NCBI GenBank assembly: GCA_963712665.1
Contig: CAVQIV010000026.1
Coordinates: 257,045-321,044, forward strand
Source of the DNA: Thermoanaerobaculaceae bacterium
GTDB taxonomy: Bacteria; Acidobacteriota; Thermoanaerobaculia; Multivoradales; UBA5704
Direction of reading: 5' to 3'
DNA length: 64,000 nucleotides
The notes beneath the pieces are model-generated. The model worked only from the letters and a program-made list of their open reading frames with translations. It did not search any database and had not been told where the DNA came from. Position numbers and translations under genes: made by a program. Of this stretch, positions 8,412 through 17,475 are shown in pieces (positions within the stretch are counted from its first letter, which is position 1; each line of letters opens with the position of its first letter).

Positions 8412-8523
8412 TAACCTGATTGCCGCCACGGCTCTCGTGCATGGCCTGCAGCTCGTGACTGAAAATCCCTCCCATTTCAGCCGCATCCCCGATCTCGTCT
8501 TCGAGGGTTGGCGCTCCTCCTGA
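8404..8523 (+). pseudogene. C-terminal remnant of a PIN (VapC) toxin gene
   Basis: ORF 8308..8523 ends ...DNLIAATALVHGLQLVTENPSHFSRIPDLVFEGW, a typical VapC C-terminus. The N-terminal two thirds of a PIN domain are absent. Confidence 0.6.
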
Positions 8524-8550
8524 TCTTTGGGGCAAAATCGCCGCCGGCAC

Positions 8551-9519
8551 CTAGGCCCTCTCCATATAGCCGTTGCCGACGACTTTCAGCAAGACGCGGC
8601 CCACGGTGGGATCGGTACGCTCGTGGATCGGCTTGACCACGCATCCTTCCCGGACGTGGTCGGCGCCGGGGACGAGGCTGGGGCCTTCCGCCAACTCCAG
8701 GATGCGGTCGAGCTCGAATGGGACGGCCTCGGCGATCGTAGGCACCCAGGGGAGGCCGAAGGGGATCGATGCTTCACGAGCCTCCTGGGGGTCCTTCCAT
8801 TCGCTGCCGGCCAGGATATCGAAAGCGGCAAACCGGACCTGGCCCTTCGTCGTGCCGTACTTCAGGTCCTGGACCTGGCCGTAGACCTCGCCGTAGACGG
8901 TGACGCCCGGGTTGGCCGCCAGGAAGTCACGCAGCCCCTGGGTCTCGCGCAGCGCCCGCCACCAGAGGTTGTCGTCGGACTCCTTTTTCCACTCCGTGCG
9001 GGAGCCGCAGAAGAAGCCGCCCTCTTCCAGGTAGGTGAAGCGACCGTTCGCGCCGTGAACTTTCTCACTGACGAACACGGGTTCCCCTGGAATGAAAACG
9101 GTTGCATATCGACGCAAGCTATCAACATCGAACGACGGTCGATACCCGGGAGGCGGCTTGATCGATTCTCCTCCCGTGCTGAACGGCAGGGGTGGATCGT
9201 AGTGCGTCACCCCCAGCAACGGGGCCACGTCGTCGCCGATCGCCGATCCTTCGGGAGCTGGCACCAGCAATCCCATGCTGATGATCCCGCGGAGCCGGCG
9301 GACCTTGATCCTGCGGTGTCCGTCGAGGAAGGCGAACTCGGGCGTGTCGGGGACCACGGAATCCGGCGGAATGTAGGCGCCGATCTCGCGACCGGTCCAG
9401 TCCGCGGTGCGGACGCAGACGGTGTAGCCATCGAAGACGCGGACGACGGACAGCGAATCCGCGTTGGGATGGGGCTCCAGGTGAACGGGGACGACTTCGA
9501 CTCGGTGTGTGCTGTTCAT
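8551..9519 (-). CDS. ATP-dependent RNA ligase, DraRnl (DRB0094)/Rnl5-like: N-terminal tRNA-binding-type OB domain plus Rnl2-like nucleotidyltransferase domain
   Basis: ORF 8551..9540; ATG at 9519 has the better RBS spacing. HPNADSLSVVRV resembles the PheT/EMAP-type OB motif. SEKVHGANG matches ligase motif I (T4 Rnl2 EKIHGTN). Confidence 0.75.
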   Translation of the reverse strand: MNSTHRVEVVPVHLEPHPNADSLSVVRVFDGYTVCVRTADWTGREIGAYIPPDSVVPDTPEFAFLDGHRRIKVRRLRGIISMGLLVPAPEGSAIGDDVAPLLGVTHYDPPLPFSTGGESIKPPPGYRPSFDVDSLRRYATVFIPGEPVFVSEKVHGANGRFTYLEEGGFFCGSRTEWKKESDDNLWWRALRETQGLRDFLAANPGVTVYGEVYGQVQDLKYGTTKGQVRFAAFDILAGSEWKDPQEAREASIPFGLPWVPTIAEAVPFELDRILELAEGPSLVPGADHVREGCVVKPIHERTDPTVGRVLLKVVGNGYMERA

Positions 9520-9595
9520 GAATGGCTCCAATCCAGGCAATCCTCCCCCCGCCTGGGTTTTCGAAGTATACTACCTTGGATTCCTCGGAGTATCC

Positions 9596-9856
9596 ATGAG
9601 CCAGGTAGAAATGATTGAACGACAGATCGAGCAGCTCTCGCAGGAAGAGTTGGCCAGATTCCGAGAGTGGTTCGCGAGGTATGACGCGGAGGCTTGGGAC
9701 CAGCAGTTCGAACAAGACGTCCAGGCCGGTAAGCTCGACGCTCTCGCTGAACGTGCACTTCGGTCGGTTGGCTCTAGGCCGTTTTCCCCCTGCTCTTCCC
9801 CCGCCGCTTGCCAGGCTTCTCCTCATCGATCTCCTGCCAGAAATCCTCGTGGCTGA
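9596..9856 (+). CDS. small addiction-module-type protein; C-terminus probably replaced or overlapped by the convergent Phd gene
   Basis: ATG 9596 within ORF 9509..9856. MSQVEMIERQIEQLSQEELARFREWFARYDAEAWDQQFEQDVQAGKLDALAERALR resembles small TA-associated proteins. The last roughly 28 aa overlap 9774-10076 on the other strand and look non-native. Confidence 0.4.
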   Translation: MSQVEMIERQIEQLSQEELARFREWFARYDAEAWDQQFEQDVQAGKLDALAERALRSVGSRPFSPCSSPAACQASPHRSPARNPRG

Positions 9857-10076
9857 TTCCCTCTCCTTCGCGGATCTGCTGGCGCGAGGTCTCCAGGATA
9901 GCCCGCAAGCGAACCGAGTGGGCCAGGACCAGGCGTTCGAGCTCCTCGTCGTCCCGCACGGCCAGCAAGGCGGCGACCGCCTTGCCGTTGCGCGTGACGA
10001 CCACCAGCCCCTGTTCGCTCTCCTTCAGATAGGCGCTGAACTGGGCCTTGACTTCTGCGACCGAGGCGATCTTCAA
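9774..10076 (-). CDS. Phd/YefM-family antitoxin
   Basis: TTG 10076 is in frame in ORF 9774..10214 and overlaps the toxin stop (TTTGA). KIASVAEVKAQFSAYLKESEQGLVVVTRNGKAVAALLAV is a typical Phd/YefM N-terminus. Confidence 0.8.
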   Translation of the reverse strand: MKIASVAEVKAQFSAYLKESEQGLVVVTRNGKAVAALLAVRDDEELERLVLAHSVRLRAILETSRQQIREGEGISHEDFWQEIDEEKPGKRRGKSRGKTA

Positions 10077-10239
10077 AGCTCTACCTCCTCTCCGCCGATG
10101 ACCAGGCGATCCCGCTCCTTGACGCCGATCGCCAGGATGTACACCTTGTGGTTCTCCCGGTCGATCTCGTAGAAAGCCCGGAACCGATTGTCGGGACCGA
10201 ATCGCAGCTCCCATTGCGCCTCGAAGACGGCAGGTTGCT

Positions 10240-10337
10240 GCAGTGGCTTGCGGTTCCTGGTCTCAGCATCTGGCTCGAACAGCAACTGCTCCTGGAGGGT
10301 CTCGCGAATCAACGAGTAATGCTGCCGCTCGATGGCC
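10240..10337. repeat. direct repeat, copy 1 (98 bp; 97/98 identical to 10501-10598)
   Basis: GCAGTGGCTTGCGGTTCCTGGTCTCAGCATCTGGCTCGAACAGCAACTGCTCCTGGAGGGTCTCGCGAATCAACGAGTAATGCTGC(C/T)GCTCGATGGCC occurs twice at an offset of 261 bp. Confidence 0.95.
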
Positions 10338-10500
10338 GAAGGTGTGTTGATTTTTTTTTGTGTTGTTTAGGTGTTTTGTTTTTTGTTGTGTTGTTAGGTT
10401 GTATTTTTGTGGTTTTTTTGGTTGTTTTTGTAGTTAGTTTGGTATTGTTTGTTGGGATTGTTTTGTAGCTTTTATTGTGTTTTGTAGATGGTAGGTTGTT
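10338..10500. other. 163-nt G/T-rich tract with a single C (10469): hypermutated copy of toxin-gene sequence 10083-10239 plus about 14 nt of gene sequence 5' of the repeat
   Basis: Hand alignment of 10396-10500 to 10131-10239 is colinear with one 1-nt deletion. Every difference is plus-strand C->T or A->T, and all G and T are retained. Confidence 0.9.
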
Positions 10501-10598
10501 GCAGTGGCTTGCGGTTCCTGGTCTCAGCATCTGGCTCGAACAGCAACTGCTCCTGGAGGGTCTCGCGAATCAACGAGTAATGCTGCTGCTCGATGGCC
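10501..10598. repeat. direct repeat, copy 2 (see 10240-10337)
   Basis: See copy 1. Confidence 0.95.
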
Positions 10599-10761
10599 CG
10601 AAAGGTGCTGCTTGACTTCGGGCGCGTAGACCAGGGAGTAGGGTTGCCGCCTCACCATGGTGACCAGAATTGTGACTATCGAAGCTTTGCTTGTCAACCG
10701 CCCGACTGTGGAGGGCAAAATCGCGAGGGGGCCGCGTCGCGGCCCCCTCAATCCTCAGAAC

Positions 10762-13497
10762 CTAATACCGCACGATCGCCGACAGCACCAACGCCCGAGG
10801 GGGCGAGAGCTGGGTGGGCTGGCCGAAGGCCGGGTTGTTGGAAGGCTTCAGCAGCGGGTTGGGACCCGGGTTTGCAGGATCGAGCGGTGAGTTCAAGAGG
10901 TAGCGGTCGTCCACTTGTAGCGCCACCTGCTGGTTGAAGAGGTTGGTGATGCGCGCTTCGAGCTCCACTCCGGTGCGGCCGAAGCGCAGCTCGTAGGAGG
11001 TGAGCAGGTCGACGTTCAGCCAGTCTTCCATGCGCCGCGAGCCCGCAGGCTCCAGATACCGGAAGTAGCTGCTGGTTACGTTGGCCGACGGTTGCGCCCG
11101 GGCCTCCCAGGCGCCGCCGCTCTGGTAGCGGACGTAGGTGCCGACGCGCAGCCGGTTCATGGGCTCGATGGTGGCGAAGATCTTGGCGAGATGGGTGCGG
11201 TCGCCGCGCAGCAGGCCGTTCCTGTTGTCGGTGATCAGCACGCCCGGACCGTCCTGGAGGATGGAGGAGTTGTAGAAGAGAGAGTCGGCGTAGTCGATGT
11301 CCCAATTCCCCTTCAGGCGGCTCCAGGTGTAGCTGGCGTTCATCCAGAGGTGCATGAAGCGGTCGTTCGCGGGCCGGCGGTTGAGCTCCAGGGTGGCGGC
11401 CGTGTAGCGCCGGTAGGCGCCCGGGAGCTGGCCGACGTGGAAGGGACCGTTGCCGAGGCCGTCGGCGCTGATGTCCTCGAAGATGTTCTTGACGTTGCGG
11501 TACATCCCCCAGACCTCCGCCGACCAGATGTTGCCCAGGGGTCGGGCGTAGCCGACGAGGAATTCGTCGGTGAACATCGGATCGATCCCCTTGTCGATCG
11601 TCTTGGTCTGGGTATTGGCGGCCGGCACTTCGGAGATGAGGTTGCCGGCGGCGTCGAAGGTGGCCCGGGTGGTGAAGATGCGGGTCGGCGAGCCGGCGCG
11701 GGTCAAGGACTTGTTATCGGTGTTGAAGTAGCGGCCGGCGCTGGCGTACACCTTGTCGCCCCGCTGCGGATCGAGCACGTGGGAGATGCCGAGCCGCGGC
11801 TGGATCTCCTGACCCCAGTCGAAGGTGAGGATCTTCTTCTTCACCTTGGTGCCCGGCGTAGACCCCAGGGCCTCGCCGTAGTAGTCGTCCTTGTTGACCA
11901 GGAGACCGGCGGTGAGGGTGGTGCGCTCGCCCAGGGCCATCTGGTCCTGGAGGAAGGCGCCGTAGGTCTTGGCGCGGCCGGTGTGCGGCGGCTGGATGGA
12001 GTTGTAGGTGGCCGTGAACCGCTGAGTGGTGGCGCTCCAGGTGATGGCCCCCCAGCCGTTGCCCACCCGCCGCAGGACCTCCTCGTTCTGGTCGTAGTTG
12101 ATGCCGGCCCGGACGTCGTGCCTCGTCTCACCCAGGCTGACGAAGCGCTGCAGGCTGAGCCGCGCCTCGTCGCGCTTGAAGTCCTGGAAGTTGTTGAGGC
12201 TCGCGCCGCCCACGGTCTGGCCGGGAGCCGTGGCGCCACCGATGATGCGGTCCGGCGTGGTCGAGAACTGTCCCACCAGGTCCGGGCGGGCGGCGTTGAA
12301 GGCCGGCTTATAGCCGAGGTCGGTGATGGGGATGCCCGAGTTCTCCTCTTTGTTGTGGTTGAGCTTGAGCTCGACCAGGCTGTCCGCCGACAGGTTCCAG
12401 GTCCAGGCGACGGTGCCCAGCAGGTAGTCGGTCGAATCGTCGGTCGCCACGCTCGGGTGAGTGCTGACGCCGATACCCGAGTTCTTCGTCGTGGTGTCGC
12501 GCGAGCGCACGGCCGCGGCGATGAAGTGGGTCGAGGTCGGGTTGGCCGTCAGCTTGCCGAAGTACTCGTCGGTCTCCTCCTTGCGGTCCGGCACCGTGCC
12601 GAGGTTGTTGGTGCGGTCGAGGAGGGTCTCGCTGGGCTGGCCCGCGGAAGCGTAGAACCAGAAGCGGTCGCGCAGGATGGGCCCGCCGAGCGAGCCGGCC
12701 AGCAGGCTGCGTTCCAGGGTGTTCTGGAAGCTCGGGATCTTGCTGTCGGACACGAAGCTCTTCGATTGGTTTTCGCCCCGGAGCTGGCCGTGGAAGTCGT
12801 TGGTTCCCGAGCGGGTGATGGCGTTGACCACCATGCCGGCCGAGCGGCCGTATTCGGCGGAGATGCCGCCGCGCTTGATGCTCACCTCGGCGATGTCGAG
12901 CTCCGTGACGTTGGGCAGGATGTCCCCGTAGTGGGGGTTGGTGACGTTGATGCCGTCGATGAGATAGGTGTTGTCCATGCGCGCCGCGCCGGCGTTGGGC
13001 GCCAGGCGGCCGTTCTCGGAGACGCCGGGCGCGAGCTGGAAGAGCCCTTTGTAGGTGCGCGGCACGGGCAGGTCCTCGACCTTATCGCTGCTGTAGTTGA
13101 CCTGGATGTCGCTCGACTTGACGTCGATGATCGGCAGGGCTGCGGTGACGGTGATCTCCTCGGCGACGGACGGCTTGATCGCCAGCTCGACCTGGGTGTC
13201 GCGGTCGAGGGCGACGACGGCCGGCTGCTTGACGCTGCCCATGCCGGACAGCTCGGCCGTCACCTCGTACTCGCCGGGCGGCAGGCGCAGGATGCTGAAC
13301 GCGCCTTTGTCGTCCGTCACGGCCGTGCGGCCGGCGGGCAGGAGCGGACCCCTCGCCGTCACCGTGACGCCGGGTAGCGGCGCGCCGGCGGCGTCGTGGA
13401 CCGTGCCGGAGATCGAGCCGGTGACCTGCGCGAACGCGGCCCCGGCCGGGAAGATCAGGACGAGCAGACAGAGATAGAAGATCAACCTTCTGGACAT
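10762..13497 (-). CDS. TonB-dependent receptor-like outer-membrane protein with N-terminal carboxypeptidase-regulatory-like domain
   Basis: ORF 10762..13497 (911 aa). Signal peptide; CarboxypepD_reg motif SGTVHDAAGAPLPGVTVTA...DDKGAFSILRLPPGEYEV; plug and barrel; C-terminal aromatic residue (…AIVRY). Confidence 0.9.
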   Translation of the reverse strand: MSRRLIFYLCLLVLIFPAGAAFAQVTGSISGTVHDAAGAPLPGVTVTARGPLLPAGRTAVTDDKGAFSILRLPPGEYEVTAELSGMGSVKQPAVVALDRDTQVELAIKPSVAEEITVTAALPIIDVKSSDIQVNYSSDKVEDLPVPRTYKGLFQLAPGVSENGRLAPNAGAARMDNTYLIDGINVTNPHYGDILPNVTELDIAEVSIKRGGISAEYGRSAGMVVNAITRSGTNDFHGQLRGENQSKSFVSDSKIPSFQNTLERSLLAGSLGGPILRDRFWFYASAGQPSETLLDRTNNLGTVPDRKEETDEYFGKLTANPTSTHFIAAAVRSRDTTTKNSGIGVSTHPSVATDDSTDYLLGTVAWTWNLSADSLVELKLNHNKEENSGIPITDLGYKPAFNAARPDLVGQFSTTPDRIIGGATAPGQTVGGASLNNFQDFKRDEARLSLQRFVSLGETRHDVRAGINYDQNEEVLRRVGNGWGAITWSATTQRFTATYNSIQPPHTGRAKTYGAFLQDQMALGERTTLTAGLLVNKDDYYGEALGSTPGTKVKKKILTFDWGQEIQPRLGISHVLDPQRGDKVYASAGRYFNTDNKSLTRAGSPTRIFTTRATFDAAGNLISEVPAANTQTKTIDKGIDPMFTDEFLVGYARPLGNIWSAEVWGMYRNVKNIFEDISADGLGNGPFHVGQLPGAYRRYTAATLELNRRPANDRFMHLWMNASYTWSRLKGNWDIDYADSLFYNSSILQDGPGVLITDNRNGLLRGDRTHLAKIFATIEPMNRLRVGTYVRYQSGGAWEARAQPSANVTSSYFRYLEPAGSRRMEDWLNVDLLTSYELRFGRTGVELEARITNLFNQQVALQVDDRYLLNSPLDPANPGPNPLLKPSNNPAFGQPTQLSPPRALVLSAIVRY

Positions 13498-13605
13498 CGA
13501 GCACCTCCTCCGGTGGCGTCACCCCGACGAAAGGGTGACGATGGCATGTATTCCAAGGATGTTGATCGTAGCATGGCGGGGATCTCTCCTGTAGACTCAT
13601 TCTTA

Positions 13606-14870
13606 ATGATGAATAGATACGCTCGGCTCTCCTGCCTCCTGGCCCTTGGCCTGCTCTCCGCGACCGCTGCCCTGGCCCAGCCCGGTGGTCTTCTCCCCGG
13701 TCCGCTGCCGCTGTTCCCGGCGGACAACTGGTGGAACGTGGACGTCAGCTCCGCGCCGCGTCGATCCCGGGAGCGCGGGCTACATCAACTTCATTGGGGG
13801 CAACGTCGGGCTCCACCCGGACTTCGGGGGCGACGCGGGCGACGTTTCCGGACATCTACGGCATGGTCTACGTCTCGGTACCGGGGACTCAAGCCCTGGT
13901 GCCCGTCACCTTCGTGGAGTTCGGGGGGGAGAGCGATGCTGGGGCTCCCGGCCGGCCGGCGGGCTATCCCATCCCGCCCGAGGCCAAGACCCAGGCCAGG
14001 TGGATCGAGGGCGGCCAGCCCGGCACCGGCTCGGGCGGCGACCGCCACATGCTGATCGTGGATCGCGACAACCGTATCCTCTACGAGCTCTATCACACCC
14101 ACTGGAGCTCGACCCACGGACGCTGGGAGGCGGGGTCCGGGGCGGTCTTCCCGCTGACTTCGAATCTCCGCCGGCCCGAGGGGTGGACGAGCGCGGACGC
14201 GGCGGGGCTCGCCATCCTCCCCGGCCTGGTGCGCTGGGACGAGGTGTTCGGTGCGGATTCCATCCGGCACGCCTTCCGCTTCACGGTGGAGGAGTCGAAC
14301 GGCTACGTCTTCCCCGCCTCTCACGACGCCGGCGGCACGCCCGGGGCCCTGCCCATGGGCGCCCGGCTGCGGCTCAAGGCGGGAAAGGACATCTCCGGCT
14401 ACCCGCCCGAGGTGCGGAAGATCTTCCAGGCGATGAAGACCTACGGGCTGATCGTGGCCGACAACGGCTCCAACATGTACATCACCGGCACCTACGACAC
14501 CCGCTGGGACAACGACGTGCTCAATCCCGCCTTCGCCAGTCTGCGGGCGAGCGACTTCGAGGTGGTGAAGCTCGGCTGGCAGCCCGCGGAGAGCCCGGCC
14601 GACTGTCTGCCGGGCGATACGCGGCTCTGCCTCTCCAGCGGCCGGTTCCAGGTGGAGGCCCAGTGGTGGACGGGAGCCGGCAACGGTCCGGGCCACGCCG
14701 TGGGTCTCACCTCCGACACGGGCTACTTCTGGTTCTTCGACGCCAGCAACGTGGAAGTGGTGGTGAAGGTGCTCGACGCCTGCACCTTCAACCAGCGCTT
14801 CTGGGTCTTTGCCGGCGGCCTCACCAACGTGCGGGTACGCCTCACCGTGACCGACACGACACCGGGGTAG
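13606..14870 (+). CDS. secreted conserved hypothetical protein; reading frame broken twice (near 13750 and 13840)
   Basis: Signal peptide MMNRYARLSCLLALGLLSATAALA in ORF 13396..14055. Continues as VDPGSAGYINFIGGNVGLHPDFGGDAGD in ORF 13646.., then as the long protein-like body in ORF 13731..14870. Confidence 0.6.
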
Positions 14871-14974
14871 TGAAGACCTACGAGAACCCCCAGGGGCGGG
14901 CCTTCCAGCCGGTGCAGGACACGAACGCCTTCGCCACCTGCCGGTAGAGGCCGCCGCCGGGCCCTCACCCCTGT

Positions 14975-15082
14975 CCCCTCTCCCACCGCACTCCCCCCGA
15001 CCGGGAGAGGGGAACGTGAGCTGAGGTGTTGTTGCCTTCTCCCTCTTCTCCCGGTTGGGGGGAGTGCGAGGGGAGAAGAGGG
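14975..15082. terminator. pair of inverted REP/BIME-like hairpins between convergent genes (probable bidirectional terminator)
   Basis: Hairpin 1: CCCCTCTCCC (14975-84) pairs with GGGAGAGGGG (15003-12). Hairpin 2: CCCTCTTCTCCC (15041-52) pairs with GGGAGAAGAGGG (15071-82). The two 18-nt loops are near reverse complements of each other. Confidence 0.55.
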
Positions 15083-15100
15083 CCGGGGTGATGAGGGGTC

Positions 15101-17396
<2,296 letters not shown>

Positions 17397-17475
17397 GAGA
17401 CGGGTTTCCTCCGGCACGGCCCGCGATCAGGCGGTGCATGGGTTGGGATGAAGCGGGGAGATTCTAGCGTCTGGA

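Larger units (their letters stand above)
10073..10658 (-). pseudogene. RelE/ParE-family toxin gene disrupted by an internal 261-bp tandem duplication and hypermutated tract
   Basis: Joining 10658-10599 to 10337-10073 reconstructs MVRRQPYSLVYAPEVKQHLSAIERQHYSLIRETLQEQLLFEPDAETRNRKPLQQPAVFEAQWELRFGPDNRFRAFYEIDRENHKVYILAIGVKERDRLVIGGEEVEL. The 5' piece also has a 1-nt frame break (GGG run near 10598-10600). Confidence 0.8.

Noticed and set aside
10083-10500. Diversity-generating retroelement (TR/VR pair)
   Set aside because: All mismatches do coincide with adenines of the minus-strand tract, which superficially mimics the DGR A-to-N rule. However, that would make the near-G-free low-complexity tract the template and the well-conserved RelE/ParE sequence the randomised product, which is implausible. 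There is also no reverse transcriptase or Avd gene in the window. The pair is a tandem duplication inside a toxin gene rather than a 3'-terminal VR with a separate TR.
10148-10530. ORFs 10148..10468 (+) and 10309..10530 (-) running through the G/T-rich tract
   Set aside because: Their translations are low-complexity (poly-V/L/F or T/K/N-rich) by-products of the hypermutated tract, and they have no start context.
2958-10750. Integrated prophage, ICE or transposon explaining the lower-GC TA-rich patch
   Set aside because: No integrase, transposase, recombinase, phage structural or conjugation genes, and no flanking tRNA or clear direct repeats. It is best described as an accessory or TA-accretion region.
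11092-13377. Long antisense or shadow ORFs: 11092..13377, most of 13791..17417, 17584..20091, 32609..34990, 39316..40761, 48318..50312, 48338..50509, 54801..55892, 58090..60225, 27328..28887 and others
   Set aside because: They lie opposite or out of frame to genes with clear family motifs. Their translations are Arg/Gly/Ala/Pro-rich low-complexity strings typical of stop-poor GC-rich DNA.
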